DNA of 64,000 nucleotides from NCBI RefSeq assembly GCF_054482595.1, contig NZ_CM137008.1; one strand, 5' to 3'. Shown piece by piece: positions 19,012 to 30,528 of this stretch (position 1 is its first letter; each line of letters starts with the position of its first letter). The notes under the pieces were generated by a model. It saw only the letters and a program-made list of their open reading frames with translations, ran no database searches and was not told where the DNA came from. The position numbers and the translations under genes were made by a program.

Positions 19012-20379
19012 CTAAATCAGTAAGTTGGCAGCATCACCCAAAATGTTGTCAATTATAACTCGATGGCTTTCACTCTCAGTTTCTTTATAGTAGAGTTTCA
19101 TGTTGTTTTTGAGCGGGTTAGGCACATACATATCTACACATTCTTTTATCACAACTGCTTTTCGTCTTCTGGGTTCGAGTTGTAGTGATTTGTCTATACA
19201 AATCCTTGCCTCTTCAATTTTTTCATTATGAAAGTTGACAAGTGCCCTATAGTAGTAGAGAGAGGCTATATCAGTTGAGTGTATCTTAGCCTGTTCAAAT
19301 AAGATATGAGATACTTTTGCTTGTCCAGACAGGCCAGTTATCAGTCCCATAATAGCTAAAATTTTTCCATCGACATTGGTTATGTTTGATACATAATCTA
19401 AAAGCTCTAATGCTTTTTGAGCAGCAAGTTCAAGTTCACTTTTTCCATGAAGTGCCAAAGACATATGGCATTCCGCTAGAAGGCAATAACATTCTGTTTT
19501 TAGCGTCTGTATATCACTTTTATTTTGTAATCCATCAAATATAGTCATGGCCCTGTAAATGCTTTCAGGGGTGAACTCGTAAAGTTCTTTCTTTCCGGCT
19601 AACATTTCATCTGATAAATAATGATTCTTATATCCTTGGTCCTGCTTAGCTAATCTTACAGATCGTTCTGGTTTATGTACCGTTTGAAGGATATTATCTA
19701 TAATAAATTGTGATGTATTATGTAGTTCATCAACAGGGAGATGATTACTGGCGATGAGGAAAAGGTTTTTAGCGTCGATCAACTCAATGTATAAAGTGTT
19801 CACTGCATTATTCTGGTTTATTCTTCCTGTAACGAAATAATCTGGCTTGAATCTGCTCAAGAATGAATTTTGAGATATGTGGTCATTACAAAAATTTGTC
19901 GCAGCCATCGGATAGGTATAGAGACCATCGATTTTTTTATTTGAAATGATTTGTACTAATTCCTGATTAAGTATTAATGGATCCAGTGTATTCAATGAAG
20001 TGGTGAAAGGGAATATAGCTATGGAATAGTCTGAAGTATTATCTTCATTAATTTTAGTTTTGAAAACCTGCCCGCTGAAACGATAACCTTTCCGGTAGAT
20101 TGTTTCTATGCAGCGATCATAGCCAATTTTTTCAAAAATGCAGCGCAAAGAATAGATACATCTTGTCAGGGACTCGTCACTAACAATAATATTTTTCCAT
20201 ACTGATTCGATGATCATATCTTTCAGTACAACATGACCAGCGGATTCAAGTAATACTATTAATACACCTAACTCTTTCGGTGGAATATAAACTTGCTCAT
20301 TTCCTTGAGTAAGAATTCCATCTTCCGTGAGCGTTAATCCCTCAAGAAAATGATATGAGAATTTATTTTCTAAGTCCAT
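19012..20379 (-). CDS. ygeH: HilA-like regulator (OmpR/PhoB winged helix plus TPR), with IS1-encoded C-terminus
   Basis: 455 aa; N-terminal wHTH region (...[45 protein letters not shown]...YRKGYRF); the last 8 codons and the stop ([12 protein letters not shown]) lie inside the IS1 end. Confidence 0.8.
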   Translation of the reverse strand: MDLENKFSYHFLEGLTLTEDGILTQGNEQVYIPPKELGVLIVLLESAGHVVLKDMIIESVWKNIIVSDESLTRCIYSLRCIFEKIGYDRCIETIYRKGYRFSGQVFKTKINEDNTSDYSIAIFPFTTSLNTLDPLILNQELVQIISNKKIDGLYTYPMAATNFCNDHISQNSFLSRFKPDYFVTGRINQNNAVNTLYIELIDAKNLFLIASNHLPVDELHNTSQFIIDNILQTVHKPERSVRLAKQDQGYKNHYLSDEMLAGKKELYEFTPESIYRAMTIFDGLQNKSDIQTLKTECYCLLAECHMSLALHGKSELELAAQKALELLDYVSNITNVDGKILAIMGLITGLSGQAKVSHILFEQAKIHSTDIASLYYYRALVNFHNEKIEEARICIDKSLQLEPRRRKAVVIKECVDMYVPNPLKNNMKLYYKETESESHRVIIDNILGDAANLLI

Positions 20380-20712
20380 TAGTTAACCTCTATGAAAAAA
20401 TTGGTTTCTTGCATCCTGCATAAGCAATAGAAATTATGGCTATTCATATTTATGTGTCATTAACGCTACAGGAAATTACATTCGACATATCTATGGTTGT
20501 GTTCACTAATTTATCTTAGGAATTCAGTGATGTAATCTGAAATAGCCTTATTCAATTTTGATAAAGTAAAATGTTCTCTAAAGCATTGAAAAATAATGAT
20601 TTATTGTATGCTCTTAACTGTTTTAAGATGCTGATTTAAGAAAAGATAAAAGGTGCTGGTTATAGTGGTTAATGCACTATAACCAGCAATTTTAACCAAA
20701 TGATTGTAATGC

Positions 20713-21204
20713 TTAGTTATTATCTTCTGAATTATCGGTTAAGAGTTCAACATATGCCTGCGCTTTACTCTTAACACTATCATCCTCACAATTGTTAATA
20801 ATATGAAAGAAACATTGCATTGCGTTATCGATATTTTTAGCCCCAATTTGACATTGACCCATACGATAAATAACTGAATAGTCATCATATGGCGAGTAAT
20901 TATAACTTAGCTTGTAAAGGTCATATGCTTGTTGATATTTCTTTTTTGACTGACATACTGATGCAAAACCTTTTAGATACTCATGATTTTCGAACGCATA
21001 AATGCACAAAAATTTATAATAAATTTCTGCGTCCGTTATATTACCCTTTTCATGGTAGTCGAATGCATATGCATATATTCTATCAAGGATATCAGGAGTT
21101 AAACCATGCAGTAATGCCAGGTTTTCTCCTTTCGATAATGCGTGTTTTAGTTGATTTGCCCATTCATCACTATTATTGAATATTTCAATTGTTTCTTTGT
21201 TCAT
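20713..21204 (-). CDS. ygeG: SicA/LcrH-like class II type III secretion chaperone (TPR)
   Basis: 163-aa TPR-type protein. Confidence 0.75.
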   Translation of the reverse strand: MNKETIEIFNNSDEWANQLKHALSKGENLALLHGLTPDILDRIYAYAFDYHEKGNITDAEIYYKFLCIYAFENHEYLKGFASVCQSKKKYQQAYDLYKLSYNYSPYDDYSVIYRMGQCQIGAKNIDNAMQCFFHIINNCEDDSVKSKAQAYVELLTDNSEDNN

Positions 21205-21429
21205 AATATTCCTCTGTGATGTGTCTCGTGATGCTCAATTATTATTGATTGACTCATTAATATTATTACATTTATCTTTTTTAAATTATTAGTTTTAAGC
21301 TTGCATTGCTTATGAGTATATTTCTTCGTTATTAGTAAAAATACTTACCGCTGCAAAATAATAACATCATTAGTTGTTTTACTAATATTTACCTTATTAG
21401 TTGTCTTAATTACGACATTTCAAAATGCC

Positions 21430-21921
21430 TTAATGTGCATGACCTGGATTCATATTATCAATTTCCTTTTTTTCAATGAAAATTAAAAAGGGGATTTTTG
21501 CGAAGGGTAGAATGTCGTTTTGGTTTTTTTGTTTATTATGTCTGGTGACGAGGGGGGATAGAACGTCTGTGCATATAGTAGCGAATTTATTCAGGTCTAA
21601 ATTATTCTCTATTTTGGTCAGTTTTATGAGTTCATTTGTAGCCATACTCATTAAATCATCTGTAATCGGTAATTTATATATGCACATAGCAGATAATATT
21701 GCTTGCTGAATTATCTCTTCAGAAATATCCGCTATCTTTATTGACAAATCATGTGTTAGGTATTTTCCTCCAAGAGATTCTTGTTCAATATAATTTAAAC
21801 CAGACCCCATGGTAATTTTAACTGAATTAACGAATTTCTCTTCATTTTTCTTATTTTTGTTCTCCTGATCAGGAACTAATGGTTGCAGTGGTAGGCTATT
21901 ATTAATATTTCGTGGCTTCAT
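21430..21921 (-). CDS. ygeF: ETT2 hypothetical protein
   Basis: 163-aa intact ORF at the position of ygeF. Confidence 0.5.
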   Translation of the reverse strand: MKPRNINNSLPLQPLVPDQENKNKKNEEKFVNSVKITMGSGLNYIEQESLGGKYLTHDLSIKIADISEEIIQQAILSAMCIYKLPITDDLMSMATNELIKLTKIENNLDLNKFATICTDVLSPLVTRHNKQKNQNDILPFAKIPFLIFIEKKEIDNMNPGHAH

Positions 21922-22350
21922 TTTACATTTCTCTCATTTGATTAGAGCAAAATCCGAATTCGCAGCTTCTGATAATGTCAAATATCACCTTTTCTCTTGC
22001 TTTATTCTATCAAAAATCGCTCATTTTTACTTTTTTTACCATAATGTTACTTAGTAGCATCGGCAATTTACATAACTTACATGTTGTTTTTTATATCCTT
22101 AAAAAACAGATGGATAGTGTGCGCACTCGAAATGATATTGGTAACATAAATAGCGTTATTCGTGATAAACATCTCAAAAGATTTCCTTTATTATATTCAA
22201 AATTCATTTGATCAAGGTTATCACCTTATGGAGACGTTACGTAGAATGACTATATTTGTTATCGGCACATTTGGGGTATTAATTTTAGTATTGATGGAAG
22301 GTGATTATTGAACAGTAACATCGAGTCACGGTAAAAATGTGAGGTATATA

Positions 22351-22776
22351 ATGGACATTGAGTTTTCGCAGATTCATGAAATGGTCTATATGCATGATAT
22401 AGTTAATTCGGACTCGAAAAAGAAACCAAGGATTCCGTTAAAAAAATTCCTTAATGCTGAGAAGGTTCTCACGCAAACAACATCATGGGCATTAAATTCA
22501 AGATATGTGAATGTTAATTCTGTCAGTAAAGTCAACGTAAAGAGTAAAGTTAAAAACAGTTATATCTCACGATCTGTCAATGATGAGTTTAGTTTAACAG
22601 ATGATGAAATTAATTCTTTTAAAGAAACGTTAATCCTTTCCTCTATTGATTCACTGAGTAAACTGGTTCTTAATAATCCTCTTTCTGTATTGTTTACATC
22701 GACTGTACGAAGGAATAATAATCGAGCTAAGATGAATGTTGAGTTCGACTCATGGATATGCACCAGATGTTGTTGA
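22351..22776 (+). CDS. yqeK: ETT2 hypothetical protein
   Basis: 141-aa ORF by synteny. Confidence 0.5.
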   Translation: MDIEFSQIHEMVYMHDIVNSDSKKKPRIPLKKFLNAEKVLTQTTSWALNSRYVNVNSVSKVNVKSKVKNSYISRSVNDEFSLTDDEINSFKETLILSSIDSLSKLVLNNPLSVLFTSTVRRNNNRAKMNVEFDSWICTRCC

Positions 22777-22924
22777 TACATGATATTTTACATTGCAAGG
22801 TGATGTCTAAAATGAAAGATGTTGATCAAAACTTTGATGCTTTATACTGGCATATACTGCAAGCATATTTAATTTTATTATTTTATGATTAACGAGGTTC
22901 CATCTTTTTGTTATCTATTTTAGT

Positions 22925-23419
22925 TTACCTTGCACAATGCATTATTGCTCTGTTACCAATACTCAAAATAAAAGCATGTTTACCTTGCTTTAGTATATTA
23001 TAGCTTACACTTTTTTCTGGAAAGACATAAAAATCAGGAATAAGTTCAGCAAGTCTATCATCATCGACTTGATCCATAATCTCAAACTTATTAACTTTTT
23101 TTGAAGTTAAATGGGCTGTGTCATAGTTTTCAACCCATGTGTATTCAATATTTCGCCGTATTGATTTACTTTCTCTGTTACCTTGTTGCCAGGTCCCACT
23201 CAACGCAACAGTTCCTGTTTTATTTTTTTGGTTATACATAAAGTCGATAGTAAGATTTGCTCGCCCCTGGTCATTAAAAATCACCCAATTTGCAGTGCAT
23301 GTTTCGTTATATATCATTTTTTCTGCAGTGTAAGAATAGACTGTGAAGAGAATAAACCCACTGATAAAAACTAAAATAAATAATAAGTTTTTTTTATAAT
23401 CAATCACGATTAACCTCAC
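22925..23419 (-). CDS. yqeJ: ETT2 membrane-anchored hypothetical protein
   Basis: 164 aa with an N-terminal TM segment; by synteny. Confidence 0.5.
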   Translation of the reverse strand: MRLIVIDYKKNLLFILVFISGFILFTVYSYTAEKMIYNETCTANWVIFNDQGRANLTIDFMYNQKNKTGTVALSGTWQQGNRESKSIRRNIEYTWVENYDTAHLTSKKVNKFEIMDQVDDDRLAELIPDFYVFPEKSVSYNILKQGKHAFILSIGNRAIMHCAR

Positions 23420-24209
23420 GGTAAGACAGGGTTAAACAGCCTGCCACTTCATGTTGGTTATAGTTTTTATTGCATGCCATAACAATCATCCCCGGTGAGG
23501 ATTTTGCAAGAGGGAAGTATAACCACGGATATTTTTTACAGTTAATCCCCGAATCCAGTATCCGTGTTTTATATTTATCGAACTCTTTCAACCCATCAAT
23601 TGTATCTTCTGTTACATTAAAATGGCAGCCATTAATTTCCGCAACAGTCTTGTAATCCTTGAAAAATGGCTTCGGTTGATTATTATTCCATAGCCAATAT
23701 GCAGAATATGCGCCTATGACAAATGCGCTCAACATAATTAGATAACTTTTTATATGTTTGAGGATTTTGTTATTGAAATTCTTTGCGCCACCAATGCTCT
23801 CTTTGTATCCCGCATTAACTTTTATGGCAGGTGGGGCATTGTGTGTATGTGCGTCTGTTGACGAGTTTATTACATGATTTTGTATGTTAATGTCATTATG
23901 GATCTTGAATCCTCTTCTCGGCACGGTTGCAATAAGCGAGTGGGTAGTATCACCAACAGCGCGAAATCCGCGTCTGATAATGGATATGTTCTGATATAAC
24001 GTGTTAGTAGGCACACGCATACCTTCTTCTTCCCAGACTCTGGTGAAAAAATCTTGTTGTGCAACCACATCAGGAAAAGCTTCAAGTAGAAGTGATAAAC
24101 AACGACTGGCTGGCGTTGTCAGAACGACGTTAAGATCGGCGTTATGTACCGATATTAATTTTCGGTGCTCAGGCCAGAACTCGATATTATCGTTAATAAT
24201 CCAGTACAT
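23400..24209 (-). CDS. yqeI: ToxR/CadC-like membrane-bound winged-helix regulator
   Basis: 269 aa; N-terminal wHTH, central TM segment (LIMLSAFVIGAYSAYWLW). Confidence 0.7.
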   Translation of the reverse strand: MYWIINDNIEFWPEHRKLISVHNADLNVVLTTPASRCLSLLLEAFPDVVAQQDFFTRVWEEEGMRVPTNTLYQNISIIRRGFRAVGDTTHSLIATVPRRGFKIHNDINIQNHVINSSTDAHTHNAPPAIKVNAGYKESIGGAKNFNNKILKHIKSYLIMLSAFVIGAYSAYWLWNNNQPKPFFKDYKTVAEINGCHFNVTEDTIDGLKEFDKYKTRILDSGINCKKYPWLYFPLAKSSPGMIVMACNKNYNQHEVAGCLTLSYREVNRD

Positions 24210-24542
24210 ACGTCAATAAACACTAAATCAATCGAAATGGAAATCACATAGTTTGCTAAGTATATTGGTATTTACGGCATAAATATATATTAATTTTATA
24301 TTTATCAAGATGATTGAAATGAGGCTTTAATGTCGCAACGTAAAACTTTATGTAAATTAACATGGTTAACATTTATGCCACTATTGTTTGTAAATTCATA
24401 TTACGTAATGCTTCTGAATTTTTCGTGTGATGGTTTTAAATACTATGATGTTTACTCTTGAGGGGACGGCCTATTTATAAAATACGGGCATTTCAATAAA
24501 TACCCGTATAAACAGAGTATGATTCTGGCAGATTTTTGAGTA

Positions 24543-25235
24543 TCAATGTTGGACCGAATGTGAACGAATAAATAATTCGTTTATTTTACCACCCATTCTC
24601 TTTTCGATTCGTTGCTTGTACGCGTAGATGCTACGGATATCCATATCCAGAACTTCAGCAATCTGATATGGATTATAACCAGAAACCATATACCCCATTA
24701 TGGTGAATTCCATCTGAGTTAATGTGTTACCTCTGGTAAATGATAAATAACGACCAATAAATAGTTGTCTGATCTTTTCATTGGCAACATCAAGACCATC
24801 ATCATTATATATGACAGCAGATATTGCAGAGTTGTGTTTTCGCCAGTAATTAGCTAACGATTGCATATTGCGGTCGCTGACTAAAACAATCCCCATGTCA
24901 GTACTTGCAAGATAGTCAATCCAGTCTTTTTCAAGGAATAGACGTAAAAAACTTACTGAAAAATCGACAAAAATATATCCGCTTAATCTCGCATTGTGGT
25001 TTTTTGTTAAGATACCTTCTACCACACCACGATTAAAATATGAACTTTCTTCGGGCCACATACAAAAACACGAGTTTGCGCAATACTGCAAACGCGGTGA
25101 CTCTTCTGGCATTATTTGGCAATGCATTGAGCAACTATTGCATGTAAGACTTTTATAACGACTACAAAGCCCCATGTTAAGAACCTCCCTATCCGTATAT
25201 AATTGCATAATTTCATCGGTTATTGATGATGTCAA
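24543..25235 (-). CDS. yqeH: LuxR-type HTH regulator
   Basis: 230 aa; C-terminal HTH (...YNPYQIAEVLDMDIRSIYAYKQRIEKRMG). Confidence 0.6.
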   Translation of the reverse strand: MTSSITDEIMQLYTDREVLNMGLCSRYKSLTCNSCSMHCQIMPEESPRLQYCANSCFCMWPEESSYFNRGVVEGILTKNHNARLSGYIFVDFSVSFLRLFLEKDWIDYLASTDMGIVLVSDRNMQSLANYWRKHNSAISAVIYNDDGLDVANEKIRQLFIGRYLSFTRGNTLTQMEFTIMGYMVSGYNPYQIAEVLDMDIRSIYAYKQRIEKRMGGKINELFIRSHSVQH

Positions 25236-25634
25236 TACACCATGATTTTGTAATTTTGCTGGGAAAAATTGTGATTAATCTGTATTTGCTATAATTCTGA
25301 TTAAGACATTTAAAAATGCATTTCTCGTTATTAAATATGATTATGTTTCACTGATTTAATCTTGTATGGTTGAGAGTGGTCCAGATAACTATCTCATAGT
25401 ATGAGAATATCTATATCGCAAATTGTTTTTGAATGACCAGAAGATATCTTGCGAATCTAAGTTATGCATCTTAAATAGTCTTATTTAAGATGTTCAGATC
25501 TCTTTGTGTGTTTAACTAACTGATAATTCTAGGATATGACGAGAGAAGTGATAGGGCGGAATAATAACAAATGAACATTATGAAAAATGGAATGGTTCAA
25601 AATTGTAGCAATTTTGAACCATTCACAATGGATA

Positions 25635-26864
25635 TTAGCTAAAGAACATTACCGATACGCACAGGATACCCACGATCAGCGTAATCAGATTTCCGATGGA
25701 ACGCCAGGGTTTAAGCGCCGGGATGAGATATGTTGATAGCGTAGGCATGATGAAAAGTATCATGGCAATGAGCGGGCCGCTGATCGCATAAATCATCGAA
25801 ATCGCGTTCGGGTTAATGCAACAAACAATGAAGGTAATCAGCGATACCAACATAATTGATAGTGCGCGGTTAAATGCACGACTTTTCTTTATACCAACCT
25901 GCTGTAGTGTTGTTTTGACGACCTCTGTGGCACCTTCAATAACGCCAAAGTACGTACCCAGGAATGATTTCGACATGGCAACTACTGCGACAATAATCCC
26001 GGAAATTGACAACCATGCTGGGGCGTTCGGCAGCATAGAAAGCGCCGATAAAATGGTAACCCCTTCTTCTTTAGCCGCTTCAATATACGAAGGTGGAATA
26101 GAAAGCAGGCAGCTAAAGACAAAGAACAGTACACTTATGCAGATGATGAGATAAGCGACTTTCATAATTTTTTTGCATTTATCCATAGCGTGTTCGCCAT
26201 ATTTTTCACGTCTGTCTATGGCAAACGTAGAAATAATGGGCGTATGGCTAAAGGCGAAAACCATCACGGGAATCGATATCCATATCTGGTGAAGGGTATT
26301 CTGATTGAACTCTACCTGGGTTGTTAATAGATCAGGTTGCCAACTACCGACAAGGTAAATGGAAAGAAATAAGAAATAGGCAATCAATGGGAATACCAAA
26401 AATCCCATTACCCGAATAGTGGCATGACGTCCCATCAGAAAAATGAGATTCAGGATTAATACAACACCCAGACTCACCAACATACGGATGCGAAGATCAA
26501 TCACCATATGCTTTGCCAGCTGTTCTGTAAGTGAGTTGGTAATTGCCACTGCGTATATCAACACGACGACAAAAAAGGCGATGAAGTACAGCGTGGTAAT
26601 CAGATTACCAATCTTCTTGCCATAGTAGTGTGTTACTGCGCCCGTTATCCCTTCACCTGCTGATGTTTTCGATGAGAGGATGAACTGGCATAAGGCTTTA
26701 TGTGGCCAATATGTTAAAGGCCAGGCGACCAGAGCAGTAATAAACAGGACCACTGCCCCTGCCGAACCTAACTGAATAGGAAGGAAGAGCGTGCCTGCAC
26801 CAACGGCTGTGCCGTAGAGCGCGAAACTCCACAGAGTTTCTTCTTTTGACCAAATATTAGACAT
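25635..26864 (-). CDS. yqeG: Putative amino-acid transporter (HAAAP family)
   Basis: 409-aa polytopic membrane protein at the conserved position next to yqeF. Confidence 0.8.
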   Translation of the reverse strand: MSNIWSKEETLWSFALYGTAVGAGTLFLPIQLGSAGAVVLFITALVAWPLTYWPHKALCQFILSSKTSAGEGITGAVTHYYGKKIGNLITTLYFIAFFVVVLIYAVAITNSLTEQLAKHMVIDLRIRMLVSLGVVLILNLIFLMGRHATIRVMGFLVFPLIAYFLFLSIYLVGSWQPDLLTTQVEFNQNTLHQIWISIPVMVFAFSHTPIISTFAIDRREKYGEHAMDKCKKIMKVAYLIICISVLFFVFSCLLSIPPSYIEAAKEEGVTILSALSMLPNAPAWLSISGIIVAVVAMSKSFLGTYFGVIEGATEVVKTTLQQVGIKKSRAFNRALSIMLVSLITFIVCCINPNAISMIYAISGPLIAMILFIMPTLSTYLIPALKPWRSIGNLITLIVGILCVSVMFFS

Positions 26865-27118
26865 TATCTGAACGTATCATCTACAAATTAAACAAAATAG
26901 AGGGCAATTTACCATAAACCAGGTTAAGTATGGGAGATTAACGCCCTATCTACCCCTCTATTGGTGGGTTAGTGGTTGCAAACCTTACGTGCCAGTTATG
27001 TCTCTGACTGCTGCTCAGGCATATTTCCTTTGTGATAAAAATCACTTTTTTTAAACAATTAAGATAACTGTAATTAACAATCATTTACTATTGCACTGTT
27101 AATTGGTGCGAGGTTGTG

Positions 27119-28300
27119 ATGAAAGACGTTGTGATTGTCGGGGCGTTACGGACACCTATCGGCTGCTTTCGTGGTGCGTTAGCGGGTCATTCCGCCGTGG
27201 AACTTGGTAGTCTGGTCGTGAAAGCGTTAATAGAACGTACCGGCGTTCCTGCATATGCGGTGGATGAAGTAATTCTTGGTCAGGTGTTGACTGCAGGGGC
27301 AGGGCAGAATCCGGCAAGGCAATCGGCTATTAAAGGTGGTCTTCCTAATAGCGTTTCTGCAATCACGATTAATGACGTTTGCGGTTCCGGGCTTAAAGCA
27401 CTGCATCTGGCTACTCAGGCGATACAGTGTGGCGAGGCTGATATTGTCATCGCCGGTGGCCAGGAAAACATGAGCCGCGCACCACATGTTCTGACTGATA
27501 GCCGCACCGGTGCACAGCTTGGCAATAGCCAGTTGGTTGACAGTCTGGTGCATGATGGGTTGTGGGATGCCTTCAATGATTATCATATTGGTGTCACCGC
27601 CGAAAATCTGGCTCGCGAATATGGCATCAGCCGTCAGTTGCAGGATGCTTACGCACTTAGCTCGCAACAAAAAGCGCGAGCGGCGATTGACGCCGGACGA
27701 TTTAAAGATGAGATCGTCCCGGTAATGACCCAAAGTAATGGTCAGACGTTGGTTATTGATACCGATGAACAGCCACGCACTGACGCCAGTGCAGAAGGCT
27801 TAGCCCGTTTAAATCCTTCATTTGATAGTCTCGGTTCTGTGACAGCGGGTAATGCATCATCCATAAACGATGGCGCAGCTGCGGTAATGATGATGAGCGA
27901 AGCCAAAGCACGAGCGTTGAATTTACCCGTGCTGGCCCGCATCCGCGCATTTGCCAGCGTTGGTGTAGATCCAGCATTGATGGGAATTGCGCCGGTGTAT
28001 GCGACCCGCCGTTGCCTGGAGCGTGTAGGCTGGCAGTTGGCTGATGTCGATCTTATCGAGGCTAATGAAGCGTTTGCTGCACAGGCGCTTTCGGTTGGCA
28101 AGATGCTTGAATGGGATGAGCGTCGGGTCAATGTCAATGGTGGCGCGATCGCACTCGGTCACCCGATAGGCGCTTCCGGTTGCCGAATCCTGGTTTCTCT
28201 GGTTCATGAAATGGTGAAACGTAATGCCCGCAAAGGACTGGCAACGCTTTGTATCGGCGGGGGCCAGGGCGTAGCATTGACCATTGAACGTGACGAGTAG
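27119..28300 (+). CDS. yqeF: Acetyl-CoA acetyltransferase (thiolase)
   Basis: MKDVVIVGALRTPIGCF... thiolase signature; 393 aa. Confidence 0.85.
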   Translation: MKDVVIVGALRTPIGCFRGALAGHSAVELGSLVVKALIERTGVPAYAVDEVILGQVLTAGAGQNPARQSAIKGGLPNSVSAITINDVCGSGLKALHLATQAIQCGEADIVIAGGQENMSRAPHVLTDSRTGAQLGNSQLVDSLVHDGLWDAFNDYHIGVTAENLAREYGISRQLQDAYALSSQQKARAAIDAGRFKDEIVPVMTQSNGQTLVIDTDEQPRTDASAEGLARLNPSFDSLGSVTAGNASSINDGAAAVMMMSEAKARALNLPVLARIRAFASVGVDPALMGIAPVYATRRCLERVGWQLADVDLIEANEAFAAQALSVGKMLEWDERRVNVNGGAIALGHPIGASGCRILVSLVHEMVKRNARKGLATLCIGGGQGVALTIERDE

Positions 28301-28586
28301 CTCTGCATTTCCTCCTTACCGATAAATATCTGCCGTCATTAATCTGTTGAATAATGATGGCTGGTGAGTCGACATACCTTTTCAGGACTCCCTGATTTTT
28401 CCATTCTCATGACATATTCGTGATCGACACGGCACTTTTTTTAATCCTTAACTTAAAAATGAAACATTGTTTTATTTTTAATTGAAAACCCTATCCCATG
28501 GGCATATCATCCCCTTATAGAGAAAACGAAACAGTGTTTCACTATCGTTTTCTATTTTCACGCTTCACTGATTATCGGAGGTTGAT

Positions 28587-29423
28587 GTGGACGTAAGACA
28601 GAGCATCCACAGTGCGCACGCAAAAACACTGGATACCCAAGGGCTGCGCAATGAATTTTTGGTTGAAAAGGTATTTGTCGCCGATGAGTACACCATGGTT
28701 TACAGCCACATTGACCGAATTATTGTTGGCGGCATTATGCCGGTAACTAAAACGGTTTCCGTTGGCGGGGAAGTTGGTAAACAACTCGGCGTAAGTTATT
28801 TCCTTGAACGTCGCGAGTTAGGTGTTATCAATATTGGCGGTGCCGGTACGATTACTGTCGATGGTCAATGCTATGAAATCGGTCACCGCGACGCCCTGTA
28901 TGTGGGTAAAGGTGCAAAAGAAGTTGTCTTTGCCAGTATTGATACCGGCACTCCGGCGAAGTTTTATTACAATTGCGCACCCGCGCATACGACGTATCCC
29001 ACCAAAAAAGTCACACCGGACGAAGTATCTCCTGTCACGTTAGGTGATAACCTCACCAGTAACCGTCGCACGATTAACAAATATTTTGTCCCGGATGTGC
29101 TGGAAACCTGCCAATTGAGTATGGGGCTGACGGAGCTGGCTCCAGGTAACTTGTGGAACACCATGCCGTGTCACACCCACGAGCGCCGGATGGAAGTTTA
29201 TTTCTATTTCAATATGGATGATGACGCCTGCGTTTTCCACATGATGGGGCAGCCACAAGAAACGCGTCACATTGTGATGCATAACGAGCAGGCGGTGATC
29301 TCCCCGAGCTGGTCGATCCATTCCGGCGTCGGAACCAAAGCTTATACCTTTATCTGGGGCATGGTCGGTGAAAACCAGGTCTTTGATGATATGGACCATG
29401 TGGCCGTTAAAGATTTGCGCTAG
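28587..29423 (+). CDS. kduI: 5-dehydro-4-deoxy-D-glucuronate isomerase
   Basis: 278-aa cupin protein directly upstream of kduD. Confidence 0.9.
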   Translation: MDVRQSIHSAHAKTLDTQGLRNEFLVEKVFVADEYTMVYSHIDRIIVGGIMPVTKTVSVGGEVGKQLGVSYFLERRELGVINIGGAGTITVDGQCYEIGHRDALYVGKGAKEVVFASIDTGTPAKFYYNCAPAHTTYPTKKVTPDEVSPVTLGDNLTSNRRTINKYFVPDVLETCQLSMGLTELAPGNLWNTMPCHTHERRMEVYFYFNMDDDACVFHMMGQPQETRHIVMHNEQAVISPSWSIHSGVGTKAYTFIWGMVGENQVFDDMDHVAVKDLR

Positions 29424-29452
29424 TTGTGGGCATAAACGAATAAGGTATTGTT

Positions 29453-30214
29453 ATGATTTTAAGTGCATTTTCTCTCGAAGGTAAAGTTGCGGTCGTCACT
29501 GGTTGTGATACTGGACTGGGCCAGGGGATGGCGTTGGGGCTGGCGCAAGCGGGCTGTGACATTGTTGGCATTAACATCGTTGAACCGACTGAAACCATCA
29601 AGCAGGTCACGGTGCTGGGGCGTCGTTTTTTAAGCCTGACCGCCGATCTGCGAAAGATTGATGGCATTCCAGCACTGCTGGATCGCGCGGTAGCTGAGTT
29701 TGGTCATATTGATATCCTGGTGAATAACGCCGGATTGATTCGCCGCGAAGATGCTCTCGAGTTCAGCGAAAAAGACTGGGACGATGTCATGAACCTGAAT
29801 ATCAAGAGCGTATTCTTCATGTCTCAGGCAGCGGCGAAACACTTTATTGCGCAAGGCAATGGCGGCAAGATTATCAATATCGCGTCAATGCTCTCCTTCC
29901 AGGGCGGGATCCGTGTGCCTTCTTATACCGCATCAAAAAGCGGTGTTATGGGCGTGACGCGATTGATGGCGAACGAATGGGCTAAACACAACATTAATGT
30001 TAATGCGATAGCTCCGGGTTACATGGCGACCAATAATACTCAACAACTACGGGCAGATGAACAACGTAGCGCGGAAATTCTCGACCGCATTCCAGCTGGC
30101 CGTTGGGGACTGCCGAGTGACCTGATGGGGCCGGTAGTGTTCCTTGCCTCCAGCGCTTCAGATTATGTGAATGGTTATACCATTGCCGTGGATGGCGGTT
30201 GGCTGGCGCGTTAA
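29453..30214 (+). CDS. kduD: 2-dehydro-3-deoxy-D-gluconate 5-dehydrogenase (SDR)
   Basis: 253-aa short-chain dehydrogenase (GKVAVVTGCDTGLGQG...YTASK). Confidence 0.9.
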   Translation: MILSAFSLEGKVAVVTGCDTGLGQGMALGLAQAGCDIVGINIVEPTETIKQVTVLGRRFLSLTADLRKIDGIPALLDRAVAEFGHIDILVNNAGLIRREDALEFSEKDWDDVMNLNIKSVFFMSQAAAKHFIAQGNGGKIINIASMLSFQGGIRVPSYTASKSGVMGVTRLMANEWAKHNINVNAIAPGYMATNNTQQLRADEQRSAEILDRIPAGRWGLPSDLMGPVVFLASSASDYVNGYTIAVDGGWLAR

Positions 30215-30237
30215 TTCATTCTTCTTACTTTTATGAC

Positions 30238-30261
30238 CCTGCCGCATGGCAGGGTTTTTTA
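30238..30261 (+). terminator. Rho-independent terminator of kduD
   Basis: CCCTGCCGCATGGCAGGG followed by TTTTTT. Confidence 0.6.
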
Positions 30262-30528
30262 TACCTGTAGATCATCATAATCCATATCATGGTTATGAAA
30301 TAATCCATATCAATTATCAATTAATGAACTTTATGAATTTTATCTGCTGTAAAATTAGGTGGTTAATAATAATCTCAATAATTCAACTTAAATTGAAAAT
30401 TGGAATATCCATCACATAACGACATGTCGCAGCAATTTAATCCATATTTATGCTGTTTCCGACCTGACACCTGTGTGAATTGTTCACGTATTTTTTCACT
30501 ATGTCTTACTCTCTGCTGGCAGGAAAAA

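Larger units (their letters stand above)
18271..19038 (-). mobile_element. IS1 (768 bp), complete, flanked by an 8-bp direct repeat CAAAATGT
   Basis: Ends GGTAATGACTCCAACTTATTGATAG... and ...TAAGTTGGCAGCATCACC; CAAAATGT at 18263-18270 and 19039-19046. Confidence 0.95.
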
